Positions 24,121 through 35,494 of a stretch of 64,000 nt of DNA are shown piece after piece (position 1 is the stretch's first letter; every line of letters starts with the position of its first letter). Source of the DNA: an uncultured Actinomycetes bacterium (lineage in GTDB: Bacteria; Actinomycetota; Thermoleophilia; Gaiellales; Gaiellaceae); contig CAWFDO010000012.1 in the NCBI GenBank assembly GCA_963814565.1, forward strand, positions 437-64,436, read 5' to 3'. The position numbers and the translations under genes are program-made. The notes under the pieces are model-generated. The model had not been told where the DNA came from. It made no database searches and saw only the letters and a list, made by a program, of their open reading frames with translations.

Positions 24121-25119
24121 ATGGCGAGGTCGAGGAACATCGGCTGGGCGCTCCTGCCGATCGTCGTGACGGCGGCGATCCTCGCGCTTCTCCCGTCGGT
24201 CTGGTTCGGCGACTCGCCCTACACGACGTCGCTGGCCGTCCAGGCACTCGTCTTCGCCGCGTACGGCGTCGGCTTCAACCTGATCTTCGGGAGCACGAAC
24301 CAGCTCTTCCTGTGCGTCGGCGCGCTGGCCGGGATCGGCGGCTACGGCGCCGTGATCCTCACGGACGAGACGTCGCTGCCGATGGCGGTGGGCGTGGTCG
24401 TGGGCACGGCGAGCGCGGCGATCGTCGGCGGGCTGCTGAGCTGGATCGCGGTGCGGCGCTCGCTCGGGATCATCTTCACCGGGATCGTGACGCTCGTCTT
24501 CTCACTCGGGTTCGCGAATCTCCTCCTCGGCCAGCGTGACCTGACGGGATCCGAGACCGGTCTCGTGGTGACGGCGGCCGCGGACAGGCTCGGCGACGAT
24601 CAGGTCGGCGGCTACTACCTCTTCGCCGGCCTGCTCGTCCTCTTCCTGATCGTCTTCCGTGCGCTCCAGCTCTCGCACGTCGGCTGGGCGTTCCGCGCCC
24701 TGCGCGACGACGAGGTCGCCGCCGAGCTCGCGGGCGTCGACGTCGCGCGGTACCGGATCTACGCGGCGACGCTCGGCTCGGCGATGATCGGCCTGACGGG
24801 CGCCCTCCTCGCCTACAGCGCCGGGTTCATCAGTCCCACGACCTACAGCTTCGACCGGGTGGATGTCCGCGTCCTCGTGCTCGTCGCGTTCGGCGGCCTC
24901 GGCACGCTTCTGGGCCCGGTGATCGGTGCGGGCGTGTTCGCGATCCTCGACGAGCAGCTGACGACGAGTCTCGAGCTCCGCGAGGTCCTCTACGGAGTGT
25001 TCGTGCTCGCGATCTTCCTCTTCTTCCGCCACGGCGTGGTCAGCGCCGTGCTGTCCGCGGTACGACCGGCTGGTTCGCAACCGCCGGGCAAGAGTGCGTT
25101 GCAGCCGTCCGGCGACTGA
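24121..25119 (+). CDS. ABC permease (LivM-like)
   Basis: GWAFRALRDDEVAAELAGVD; GGLGTLLGPVIGA. Confidence 0.9.
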   Translation: MARSRNIGWALLPIVVTAAILALLPSVWFGDSPYTTSLAVQALVFAAYGVGFNLIFGSTNQLFLCVGALAGIGGYGAVILTDETSLPMAVGVVVGTASAAIVGGLLSWIAVRRSLGIIFTGIVTLVFSLGFANLLLGQRDLTGSETGLVVTAAADRLGDDQVGGYYLFAGLLVLFLIVFRALQLSHVGWAFRALRDDEVAAELAGVDVARYRIYAATLGSAMIGLTGALLAYSAGFISPTTYSFDRVDVRVLVLVAFGGLGTLLGPVIGAGVFAILDEQLTTSLELREVLYGVFVLAIFLFFRHGVVSAVLSAVRPAGSQPPGKSALQPSGD

Positions 25120-25138
25120 CGCCCGACGGGAGCGCCGT

Positions 25139-25948
25139 TCAGGCCGGAGTCGAGCGATAGCCGAGCTGGGCGGAGATCGCCGCCGCGGTCCGCTGCATGA
25201 CCGGCCCGAGCCGCGCGACGAGGTCGTCGAGCGAGGCCATCGTCCGGTGGGCCGCGAGGTTGACCGCGGCGACCGCTTCGCCGCTCGCGGCGATCACGGG
25301 CACCGCGACAGAGCGAAGCCCGTAGGCGAGCTCCTCGTTGTTCACGGCGATGCCCGTGGCACGGACGTGCTGGAGCTCCGCGAGCAACGCCGTTCTCGAC
25401 GTGAGCGTGTTCGGGCCACGACGGGCGAACGTGATGCGGCCCAGGAGCTCGTCCCGCTCGGCGTCGGGGAGGAAGGCGAGCAGCACCTTGCCCATCGACG
25501 TGCAGTACGCCGGGAGCCGCGAGCCCACGTGAAGGTCGAGGTCGATCTCGTTCTGGTGGCGACGGGACGCGCGGAACCGCTCGACGTAGACGATGTCCAC
25601 GTCGTCGAGGATCGCCATGTTGACGGTGTGCCCCGTCTCGTCGCAGAGTCGGCGCAGGTGCGGCGCGGCGACGTCCCGGAGCTCCATCGAGTTGATCGCC
25701 GTGAAGCCGAGCTCGAGGACGCGCGGCCCGAGGACGTACTTGCGCGTCGACGAGTCCTGATGGAGGTAGCCGAGGCCGCGCGAGCGTCGCGATGTAGCGG
25801 TGGGCCGTGCTCCGGGTGAGACCGAGCTCTTGCGCGACCTCGCTGACGCCGATCAGCCGTCGCTTGGCCGAGAACGACGCCAGGATCGCAAGCCCGCGCT
25901 CGAGCGACTGCGAGGTCGCGGCCCGCACGTGGTGCACTTCTGCCGCAT
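25139..25948 (-). CDS. IclR-family regulator (PcaR/PobR-like), frameshifted; start uncertain
   Basis: SQSLERGLAILASF..GLTRSTAHRYIATL HTH; VGSRLPAYCTSMGKVLLA; NEELAYGLRSVAVP. Confidence 0.88.
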
Positions 25949-25953
25949 CCCGT

Positions 25954-25970
25954 GTTCTACATAGTCGAAC
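25954..25970. promoter_or_regulatory. IclR-type operator GTTC-N9-GAAC just upstream of the iclR gene (possible autoregulation)
   Basis: GTTCTACATAGTCGAAC. Confidence 0.6.
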
Positions 25971-26020
25971 AGCGTGCTGACAGGTCGACACCCCGACGTG
26001 TTGGGGCGGCGGACGCTCGA

Positions 26021-26886
26021 TCACCGCAGGCCGAGCAGGCGGGCCGCGTTCTCCTTGAGGATCAGCGGCCTGACCTCCTCTTTGAAGTCCGCCTGCGCGA
26101 AGTCCTCGAGCCATCGGTCGGGCGTGATCATCGGGTAGTCGGATCCGAAGAGGACACGATCGCGAAGCAGCGTGTTGGCGTAGCGGACGAGCTGCGGCGG
26201 GAAGTACTTCGGCGACCAGCCGGAGAGGTCGATGTAGACCTGCTGCTTGTGCAGCGCGACCGAGATCGCCTCGTCCTGCCACGGGAACGACGGATGCGCG
26301 AGAACGATCTTCAGGCTCGGAAAGTCGACCGCGACGTCGTCGACGTGCATCGGGTTCGAGTACTTGAGGCGGATGCCGCCGCCGCCGGGCAGGCCCGAGC
26401 CGATCCCGGAGTGCCCGGTGTGGAAGAGCGCCGGCAGCCCCGCCTCCTCGATCACCTCGTAGAACGGGTAGAACGCGCGGTCGTTCGGGAAGAAGGCCTG
26501 GATGTTCGGGTGGAACTTGAACCCGCGCACGCCGTGGTCGCGCGATCAGGCGACGGGCCTCGTCGACGGCGTTCGGCCGGTTCGGGTCGACGCTCGCGAA
26601 CGGGATGAGGACGTCGGCGTTCGCCGCCGCGACCTCGGCGATCTCCTCGTTGCGCACCGCCGGACGGCCGGTGACCGTCTCGGCGTCGACCGTGAACACG
26701 ACGGCCGCCATGTTGCGCTCACGGTAGTACGCCGCGACGTCCTCGACCGTCGGCGTGCCGCCTTCGCCGAAGTACGCTTGCGCGGCCTCGCGCCACTCGG
26801 GTCGGAGACCGTCCTCGCCCGTGCGCCCGACCTCGGCGTGCGTATGGACGTCGATCGCGACGATCCTTCTCCAGGTCGATCGTCAG
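26021..26886 (-). CDS. couO: Aryl-beta-ketoacyl-CoA hydrolase (amidohydrolase_2, CouO-like), frameshifted
   Basis: AIDVHTHAE; YYRERNMAAVVFTVD; FHTGHSGIGSGLPGGGGIRLKYSNPM; AHPSFPWQDEA; YIDLSGWSPKYFPPQLVRYANTLL. Confidence 0.8.
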
Positions 26887-27692
26887 CGGAGCTCCGACCC
26901 GCCCGTCCTTGAGGACGGGGGCGCCCTCGCCGTTCGTCGCCTCGAAGCCGTAGCTCCCGCCGAGGTCCCAGACGCGTGTCGTCACCGAGTCGCCGGGATG
27001 GAGCGGCGCGGAGAAGCGGACGGCGAGACGGCGCACGGCGCGCGGGTCGTCGACCCGGCCGCCTCGAGCACGGCGCGCCCGGCGAACGCGATCGTGCAGA
27101 GGCCGTGGACGATCCGGCCGGGGAGCCCGACGCGGCGCGCGAACTCGTCGTCGAGGTGGATCGCGAAGTCGTCGCCCGACGCCGCCGCGTACCGCTCCGT
27201 CTGGTCGAGCGCGACGGGGTAGGTGATCTCCGCCAGGCGGGCTCGCGCCGTCGACCTCGAGGCGATGGTCGGGCGCACGCTCGCCGACGCTCTCGTCCGG
27301 TCTCGATCCCGCGGAAGAACTCGGTCACGTACTGCTCGACGACGAGCTCGCCGTCCTCGTCGAGCGTTTCCGTCCTGATCACGAGGCTGCTCCCGTTCGG
27401 TCGCCGAGCAGCGCGACGGCGTCGCGCGCGACGTCAACGTCATCCCCGCCTCGATCGGCCGGTGGACGACGATGTCGTGCTCGTAGTGGACGACGCGCCG
27501 GCGTGCCTCGTCCGAGGCGACCGATCGCGAGGCGGGCGCGATCGTCTCCCATACCGGGACGATCGCGAAGACGAGCCCGCCCGGGACGTCGTCGGTCGCC
27601 GCCGCGTACGCGCTCGAGCGCATCGTCGGTGACGCGGTAGGCCGCTGCGGTCTCCCTGCGATGCCGATCCCGCCGAGGTCGAAGCTCGTCAT
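26883..27692 (-). CDS. Double hot-dog MaoC-type enoyl-CoA hydratase (CouM-like), frameshifted
   Basis: VVHYEHDIVVHRPI; YAAASGDDFAIHLDDEFARRVGLPGRIVHGLCT; VRFSAPLHPGD. Confidence 0.85.
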
Positions 27693-27713
27693 TCGACGTC
27701 CTTCGGAATCCGG

Positions 27714-28822
27714 CTACCTTCCTTGGCGCTCTGCCGGAGACTCGGTTACCGGAGAGTCGGCGCCGCGATCGCCTCGAACCCGCTCGCGAGCGCGGGCAGC
27801 AGGCCGTGCGGGAAGAAGAGCATGACGACGATCAGGAGCAGCGCCGAAGACGCCGAGCGAGAGGATCGACGGCCCCTGCGGCGGCAGGTCCCAGCCGAGC
27901 AGGCTCTCGCGCGTCCCGAGGTCGCGCAGCTCGTGCTCGACCCACACGATCGTCACCGCACCGACGACGGCGCCGTAGACGCTGCCGAGGCCACCGATCG
28001 ACACCATCACGACGAAGAGCAGGCTGAGGACGATCACGAAGTCCTCAGGCCCGAGGAACTGGGCGTAGAACGTGAACAAGCCCGCCCGCGAGCCCTGCGA
28101 GCGCCGCCGCGAAGACGAAGAGCTTCAGCTTGTACGCGCCACGTCGATCCCCGAGGCGGCCGCCGCGGGCTCGTGCGCGGCGATCGCCTGCAGCGCCCGC
28201 CCCGACCTCGATGCGACGAGGTTCGTCGAGAGCAGGAGCGCGAGCGCCGACGAGCCCCCAGACGACCGCGGCGTGCGTCGCGCCGGTGATCTCGTGGCCG
28301 CCGACGGTGAGCCGCTTCGTCACGGTCACGCCGTACTGCCCGCCGGTGAACCGGTCCTGTGCGTAGAGCAGCGACCAGGCGATCAGGGCGAAGGCGAGCG
28401 TCGCGAAGGCGAGGTAGTGGCCCGCGCAGGCGCATGAGCGGGATCCCGATCAGGAGGGCGACGGCGGCGCTCACGATCGGCGCGATCGCCACCGCGAGCA
28501 GCGGGTCGATCCCGGCCTCCGGGTCGACGAGGCGCGTGTCCGGGTCGAGTCCGACCGTCAGCAGGCCGGACGTGTACGCGCCGATGAGGAAGAACCCGCC
28601 CTGTCCGAGCGACACCTGGCCCGCGAACCCCATGAGCAGCGTCAGGCCGATCGCGACGAGCGCGTACAGCCCCATGCGGTCGTAGAGGCCCACGTCGCCG
28701 CGTCCGAGCTGGAACGGGCAGCCAGCAGGCGAAGGTCGTCGACGGCCGCCAGGACGCAAGGCGACGCGCCTCCGTCCACCGACGCGCGCGTGTCGTGCGG
28801 GTGGAGCCTGCGCGGTCGTCAT
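27714..28822 (-). CDS. ABC permease (LivM-like), frameshifted
   Basis: GLTLLMGFAGQVSLGQGGF; MVSIGGLGSVYGAVVG. Confidence 0.82.
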
Positions 28823-29669
28823 ACCGCGAGCTCGCCCCGCGAGCGCCAGCCGATCAGGACGAGCATCACGCCGAGCGCGATGATGAGGTTGTACTGCGGG
28901 TCGACGTAGCCGACGACGAGCTGCTCGACGACACCGAGCGCGTAGCCGCCGAGGAGCGCGAGCCGGATCGACGCGAACCCGCCGAACACGGCCGCGGCGA
29001 ACCCGTTGATCGTGATCGAGAGGTCGGCGTTGTACGTCACCGGCACCGTCGGCGCGAGCAGGATGCCGCCGATCGCGGTCAGCGCGCCGGCGATCGCGAA
29101 GGCGATCACGGCGACCGAGCGCAGGTTGAGCCCGATCAGCTCCGCGGCGCGCGGCGAGTCCGCGGAGGCGACGAGCGCCTGGCCGACGATCGTCCGCCGG
29201 AGGAAGAGCGTGAGCCCGAACGCCGCGCCGAGCGCGACGGCCGCGAGCACGGCGTACTGCGGCTGGACGAGCACGCCGCCGATGTCCCACGCGGTGTCCG
29301 ACACGGCGGAGTAGGAGCGCGGGATCTCCCCGAAGCTCGCCAGGAGCACGGCCTCGGCGAGCGAGCGCGATCCCGACCGTGACGATCAGGCTGGCGAGCG
29401 GTGTCGTGCGCCCGCGGATGCCCGACGGCGACGACCGCGACGAGCGTCGCCACGAACGCCGTGATCAGCGTCGCGAGCACGGCCGCGACGACCAGCGACA
29501 CGTGCTTGCCGAGCGAGTACGTGAGCAGGCCGGCGAGGACCGCGAAGACGCCCTGGGCGAAGTTGACGATCCCGGTGGCGCGGTACACGAGGACGAGCGA
29601 CATGCCCACGATCGCGAACACCGAGCCGGTCGAGATCCCCACCACGACGAGCTGGAAGAACGTCGTCAC
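28819..29669 (-). CDS. ABC permease (LivH-like), frameshifted
   Basis: GMSLVLVYRATGIVNFAQG; GFAAAVFGGF. Confidence 0.82.
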
Positions 29670-30445
29670 GCCTGCTCCCTCCGACGGCCCGCCGAGGTAC
29701 GCGCTGCGGACCTCGGTCGCGCCCCTCGAGGTCACTGCTCGTCCCCTCGAGGACGACATGCGGCCGGTCTCGAGCACGTACGCGCGCTCGCAGAGCGAGA
29801 ACGCGAGGGTCGCGCTCTGGTCGACGAGGAGGATCGCGACGCCGTCCTCCTCGTTCAGGCGGAGCAGGAACTCGGCGAGCTGCTGCACGAGGAGCGGCGC
29901 GAGGCCGAGCGAGAGCTCGTCGATCGCCAGCAGTCGTGGCGCGGCCATGAGCGCGCGACCGATCGCGACCATCTGCTGCTGGCCGCCGGACGTGCGCGCC
30001 GCCGGACGGTCGCGAAGCTCGCGGAGCTGCGGGAGCAGGGTGTAGACCCGCTCGAGCCGCTCCCGCACCTCGTCCTTGCTCCGGAGGTAGCGGAGCGTCG
30101 ACGAGACGATCTCGATGCTGAACACGCGACCGTACGCGCCGAGCAGGAGATTCGCCTCGACCGGCAGCGTCGCGAAGACGTGGCGTCCCTCGGGCACCTG
30201 GCTGATCGCCCCTCCGCACGATCGACCCCGGCGTCGCGCCGGTGACGTCCTCTCCCTCGATGCGGACGCGTCCCGACGGACGGTCGGACGACACCGCACG
30301 CGGCGTTGAGCACCGACGTCTTGCCCGCCCCGTTCGGCCCGATGAGGGCGACACGCTCGCGCGCGCCGACCTCGAGCGAGACGCCGTCGACGGCGACGGC
30401 CTGGCCGTAGCGGACGACGACGTCGTCGACATCGAGGAGCGTCAC
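29666..30445 (-). CDS. ABC ATP-binding protein (LivF-like), frameshifted
   Basis: GPNGAGKTS; VPEGRHVF; SGGQQQMVAIGRALM; DELSLGLAP. Confidence 0.85.
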
Positions 30446-31240
30446 AGCGTCGCCGACCCCAGGTAGGCCTCGACGACGCGCTCGTTCCGACGCGGACGTC
30501 GGCCGGCGTGCCGTCGGCGATCACGCGACCCCGATCGAGCACCACGACGCGATCGGCCAGAGAGCCGACGAACGCCATGTCGTGCTCGACGAGGATCTGC
30601 GTCAGGCCCCGCTGCTTCAGCGCGAGCAAGGTCTCGGCGAGCCTGCCCTTCTCGCCGCTGCGCAGGCCGGCTGCGGGCTCGTCGAGCAGCAGGAGGCGCG
30701 GCCGCTGCGCGAGCGCGCGCGCGACCGCGAGCAGCCGCAGCTGGCCGAGCGGCAGCGACCCGGCAGGGTCGGCCGAGCGGTCGTCGAGCCCCACGAGCGT
30801 GAGCGCGCCGTGCGCCTCCTCCTCGATCCGGCGCTCCTCGCCTCCGCTGCCAGGGCATGCGCAGCATCGCCTCGACGAACCCGGTCCGCGTCCACGAGTG
30901 GCACCCGACCATCGCGTTCCCGAGCACGTCGAGGTGCGCGAGCGGTGGAGTCGTCTGGAAGACGGTCGCGAGACCGGCGGACGTCCGGCGATGTGCCGTC
31001 CATCGCGTCACCTCGCGTCCCTCCACGACGATCTGGCCCGCGTCGACGCGGAGCAGGCCGGAGATGCAGCCGAGCAGCGTCGACTTGCCCGCGCCGTTCG
31101 GGACCGATCAGGCACGTCAGCGAGCCGCGCTCGATCGCCAGGTCGACGTCGTCGACGGCCGCGACGGCGCCGAACGTCTTCGTGACGCCGCGGACCTCGC
31201 AGGCGAGGTCCGCGGCGTCGGGTTGGCTGTCGACGGGTTC
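30442..31240 (-). CDS. ABC ATP-binding protein (LivG-like), frameshifted; start uncertain
   Basis: VRGVTKTFGAVAAVDDVD; PNGAGKST; LLLLDEPAAGL; VEHDM. Confidence 0.8.
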
Positions 31241-31243
31241 GGA

Positions 31244-32406
31244 CTATCGCGTGAACGCTGCGCCGAAGAGCGCCCGCGGCTTGCACGACGCGATGTTGCC
31301 GGCCCACATGCTGTCCATCTGGATCGCACTGTGGTTCCGCGGCCCGAGGTAGAGCCGGCCGCCCGGGGTGGGCAAGCGACGGAGCTTGGTCTCCAGTGCC
31401 GTGTTGATCGCCGCCCGCGTGAAGCCTCCGCGCTCGATCGCCGCCTTGAGCGCGAAGAGGGTCGTCGACGCGTCGACGTTGAAGACGGAGATGGGGTGCT
31501 GACGAGGCGCTCGACAAGCTGTGCGAGCGCCCGGCTTGGATGCGTGCGGGGGAGCTGCTGCCCAGACGCTCCCCAGGAAGCCGTTGACCAGCGCGCCGTT
31601 GACGTCCGGGCACGTCGCCTCGAGGAACTGCGGCGAGAGGTTCCCGCCCGTGAGGACGAGACGCTGCGAGAGCTGGAGCTGACGGAACTCCTTGACGATC
31701 GTGTTCGCCGCCGGCGTCACCGTCCACATCCACAGAGCCTGCGCGTTCGAGTTCTTCACCTTGGCGAGCTCGGCGGCGAAGCTCGTCGTCGTCGGCGAGA
31801 AGATGATCGACTCGGTGATCGTGAAGCCGTAGGCCTTGGCGAGCGCCTCGACCTGGCCGACGCCGTCGCGCCCGAAGCCGCCGTTGTCGCCCATCAGCGC
31901 GATCCGCTGGACACCCGAGGCGCTTCAGGTACTGCGCCATGCTGTACGCGTAGAGCCGTGACGTCGGAAGCGCGACGTAGACGTACGGACGCGGAGGTGC
32001 GACGAGCGTTGTCGGCGGCGAGAGCGCAAGGAACGGGATCTCGTGCCGCGGTCGCGAGTGGCGCGGTGGCGACCGCAGCGGCAGCGTTGCCCGAGCCGAG
32101 GATCGCGACGTACTTCGGGTCGGACGCGAAGCGCTGGACGTTCTGAACCCCCTGCGAGGGGTTGGACGCGTTGTCGAGGACGTCGACGACCAGCCGGCGG
32201 CCGTTGATCCCGCCGCGGGCGTTCCAGTAGTTGGCGAGCGCCAGGATCGCCTCGCGGTCGCCCTGGCCGACGATCGCCTGCGGGCCTGTCAGCGGCGTGT
32301 CCATGCCGATGTAGACCGTTCCGCGCGTGGCCTGCGGCCCGCTCGTGAAGCCTGTGAGCACCGCCACGCCGGCCAGCACCACGAGGAGTGCGAGCATTCT
32401 CTTCAT
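31244..32406 (-). CDS. ABC substrate-binding protein (HAAT family), frameshifted
   Basis: Signal peptide; IGMDTPLTGP..NARGGINGRRL..DNASNP. Confidence 0.82.
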
Positions 32407-32554
32407 CGCTTCGCTCCTTGTCGGATCAGGACCCGTGCAGCGAGCAGCGTGGGGGTGCCCCTCCGCGTCGCGTCGTCGGGGGACGCTCCACCGGCCGTGC
32501 AGGCAGCTTCCGTCGAACCGGTGCGGCGTCGCATCTCGACGATGCCCCGTATAT

Positions 32555-32569
32555 ATCAGGAAACCTGAT
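32555..32569. promoter_or_regulatory. MarR-type operator ATCAGG-N3-CCTGAT, copy 1 (ABC/couM/couO operon)
   Basis: ATCAGGAAACCTGAT, perfect dyad. Confidence 0.7.
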
Positions 32570-32604
32570 TGTCTTCAACGACGCGGCGCGTGGCCGCGGT
32601 CTCC

Positions 32605-33432
32605 CTACGTCATGCCGGTCGTCTGCCCGCCGCTCGCGGTGATCACCTGGCCGTGGACGAAGTCCGACCAGGGCGAGCAGAGGAAGAAGATCGGGCCGGC
32701 CGCGTCCTCGGGCGTCGCGGGCCGTCCGAGCGGGATGATCGTCGGCGCCAGCTGCCGCATCTTCTCGGGGATGCCCAGCGCGATCTCGACGCCGTCGGAG
32801 ACGAAGTGCTCCCCGCCGTCGTCCGAGGCGGCGGTGAGGCGCGTCTCGACGAACCCGAACGCCACGGCGTTCACGTTCACCTTGAACGGGCCCCACTCGC
32901 GGGCGAGCGTCTTCGTCAGGCCGACCAGGCCCGACTTCGCCGCGGAGTAGTTGACCTGGCCGAGGTTGCCCTGTGTCCCGGAGATCGAGGTGACGTTGAC
33001 GACCTTGCGGAAGACCTCCCGTCCCGCCTCCCGGTCCGCCTTGCCGGCGTCGCGCAGGTACGGGGCGGCGGCGCGAAGGAGCCTGAACGGGACGACGGTA
33101 TGGATCTCGAGCATTGCCCGGAACTGCTCGTCGCTCATCTTGTGCGCCATTCCGTCCCAGGTGTAGCCGGCGTTGTTGACGACGATGTCGAGCTGTCCAA
33201 ATGCATCTACCGCCGTCCGAACGACCTCCTCCGGCACGCCGTCCTTGGTGAGATCCCCGCCGACGACCGCGGTCTCGCCGTCGATCGCGGCCGCCGCCTC
33301 CGCCGCGAGCTCGCCGTCCAGGTCGGTGATCACCACGCGCGCGCCGTGCGCGGCCAGCAGCTCGGCCGTTGCGCGGCCGATGCCGCGCGCCGACCCCGTG
33401 ACGACTGCGGCCTTCCCTTGCAGGACTCCCAT
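32605..33432 (-). CDS. SDR 3-hydroxyacyl-CoA dehydrogenase (CouN/FabG-like)
   Basis: VTGSARGIG; NNAG; YSAAK. Confidence 0.9.
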   Translation of the reverse strand: MGVLQGKAAVVTGSARGIGRATAELLAAHGARVVITDLDGELAAEAAAAIDGETAVVGGDLTKDGVPEEVVRTAVDAFGQLDIVVNNAGYTWDGMAHKMSDEQFRAMLEIHTVVPFRLLRAAAPYLRDAGKADREAGREVFRKVVNVTSISGTQGNLGQVNYSAAKSGLVGLTKTLAREWGPFKVNVNAVAFGFVETRLTAASDDGGEHFVSDGVEIALGIPEKMRQLAPTIIPLGRPATPEDAAGPIFFLCSPWSDFVHGQVITASGGQTTGMT

Positions 33433-33459
33433 AGCGCCTCCTCGATCCCGTGACCGAGA

Positions 33460-33474
33460 ATCAGGCTACCTGAT
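33460..33474. promoter_or_regulatory. MarR-type operator, copy 2 (SDR promoter)
   Basis: ATCAGGCTACCTGAT, perfect dyad. Confidence 0.7.
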
Positions 33475-33476
33475 AT

Positions 33477-33947
33477 TCACCGGCCAGGAAAACCGGCATG
33501 CAGCGCGCGCACGGCACTGATGAGCCCGTTGCGCAGGCTCTTGACCTGGTGCGGCGTCAGGTCGGCGAGCATCTCGCGTTCGAGCTCGTCGACGGCCGCG
33601 TTGCACGTCGCAAGCACCTTGCGGCCCTTGGCCGTGAGCGCAGCCGGGAACACGCGCCGATGGTTCGGGTGCGGCGTCCGCTCGACGAGCCCCTTCTTCT
33701 CGAGCGCGTCGAGGACCTCGCTCATCGACTGCGGGGTCATGTACGCGCGCCGCGCGAGCTGCGCGTTGGAGAGCTCGCCGCCACGCTCGAGGATGCTCAA
33801 CGTCGTGTACAGGAGCGTCGTCAGCCCGTGCGGCTTGACGCGCTCGTTGATCTCGGCCCGTAGCGCTCGCTCGAGCCGCGCGACGACGTAGCTGACGCGC
33901 GGCTCGGGCTGATGAGCGGGCTCGTGCAGAAGGGCGGGCTCCGTCAT
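33477..33947 (-). CDS. MarR-family transcriptional regulator
   Basis: LSNAQLARRAYMTPQSMSEVLDALEKKGLVER..LTAKGRKVL. Confidence 0.92.
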   Translation of the reverse strand: MTEPALLHEPAHQPEPRVSYVVARLERALRAEINERVKPHGLTTLLYTTLSILERGGELSNAQLARRAYMTPQSMSEVLDALEKKGLVERTPHPNHRRVFPAALTAKGRKVLATCNAAVDELEREMLADLTPHQVKSLRNGLISAVRALHAGFPGR

Positions 33948-33965
33948 TGCCGTTCCCACCATACT

Positions 33966-33980
33966 GTCAGGAAACCTGTG
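33966..33980. promoter_or_regulatory. MarR-type operator, copy 3 (marR/CoA-ligase divergent region)
   Basis: GTCAGGAAACCTGTG. Confidence 0.6.
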
Positions 33981-33994
33981 ATTCTTCCTCCCCG

Positions 33995-35411
33995 ATGAAC
34001 CTCGCCCGCATCCTGACAGACGGTGCGGCCGCACACGGCGACCGCCCCGCGTTGTGGTTCGAGGGACACGCGATCTCGTACACGGAGCTCGAGCGCCGAG
34101 CAGCCGTCGCGGCGGCCGTGTTGCGCGAGCGGGGTGTCGGCGCGGGCGACCGCGTGGCGATCAGCCTTCCGAATTCGCCCGCATTCGTCGCCGCATGCTT
34201 CGGAGCCCTTCGCGTCGGTGCGATCGTCGTCCCCTTCAACATCCTCCTCGCCGCGCCCGAGGTCGAGGAGCGAGTCGCCGCCGCGAGCCCGGTCGCCTTC
34301 ATCGAGGAGGCGCTTCCGACGGAGGGAGCGGAGGAGAGCGAGAGCGAGATCGTGGAGCGTGATCCCGCCGACCCGGCGGTCGTGCTCTTCACGTCCGGGA
34401 CGTCGGGACGCCCGAAGGGCGCGATCCTCACCCACGGCGGCATCCTCGCCGCCGCGCGCAACGCCGCGGATGCGCTCGCGCTCGGCCCGGAGGACGTCGT
34501 GCTCGGCGCGGCGCCGTTCTCCCACGTGCTCGGCCTGTCGACGGGCATCGTCTCCACGCTTGCTCGCCGGCGGGGCGGTCTCGATCGTCGGGCGGTTCGA
34601 GCCGGAGCAGACGCTCGCGACGATGACGCACACGCGTACGACAGTCCTGCTCGGCGTGCCGACGATGTGCCTGGCGCTGTGCCAGGCCGCCCGGGCCGCC
34701 GGCGAGCTGCCGCCGGTGCGCATCGCCCACGTCGGCGGCGCCGCCGTGCCGGACGGCGTCGCGCGCGATTTCGAGGAGACGTTCGGCGGTCGGGTGGTCG
34801 AGGGGTACGGGCTGACCGAGCTGAGCGGGATCGCGACGACGTCCCCCCTCGGGCGGCTGCGGAAGCCCGGTTCTGTCGGCATTCCGCTTGGCGGCACGGA
34901 GCTTCGCGTCCGCGACGCCGACGCCGAGGGCGTCGGCGAGGTCATGTTCCGGGGCCCTTCGGTGATCCCCGGGTACTGGAACGATCCGGAGGCGACGGCG
35001 GCCGCGATCGCCGCGGACGGCTGGCTCGCCACCGGCGACATGGGCCGTCTGGACGAGGACGGCGACCTTCACCTCGTCGACCGCAAGAAGGAGCTGATCA
35101 TCCGCGGCGGCTACAACGTCTACCCGCGGGAGGTCGAGGAGGCGCTGTACGCCCATCCCGACGTCCTGGAGGCGGCGGTCGTCGGCGTCCCGGACGCGAC
35201 GCTGGGCGAGGAGGTCGCCGCCGTCGTCGTGCGCCGTCCCGACACGGCCGTCACGGCCGACGAGCTCGAAGCCTGGGCGAGGGAGCGGGTTGCGCGCTAC
35301 AAGGTTCCGCGGAGGATCGCCTTCGTCGAGGAGCTCCCGAAAGGACCGACCGGGAAGATCCTGAAGCGGGCGATCGATCGCCGCGTGCTGACGGTGCTGA
35401 CGGACGAGTGA
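33995..35411 (+). CDS. AMP-forming acyl/aryl-CoA ligase (CouL-like by context); frameshift near 34560
   Basis: FTSGTSGRPKG; EGYGLTE; WLATGD; DRKKELIIRGG; LPKGPTGKILK. Confidence 0.9.
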
Positions 35412-35431
35412 CGGAAAGAACTCGCCGATGC

Positions 35432-35461
35432 TTCCCGTTATATGGAACACCGTATTGACAA
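35432..35461 (+). promoter_or_regulatory. IclR-like box + consensus -35 (TTGACA) of the pca operon
   Basis: TTCCCGTTATATGGAACACCGTATTGACAA. Confidence 0.6.
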
Positions 35462-35494
35462 ACGGACACCTGCCTGCGAGGGTCGAGCGAATAG

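Noticed and set aside
29136-30794. ATPase-permease fusion ORF
   Set aside because: Lies in the indel-rich zone; normal GTGA junctions are visible at 30442-30445 and 29666-29669
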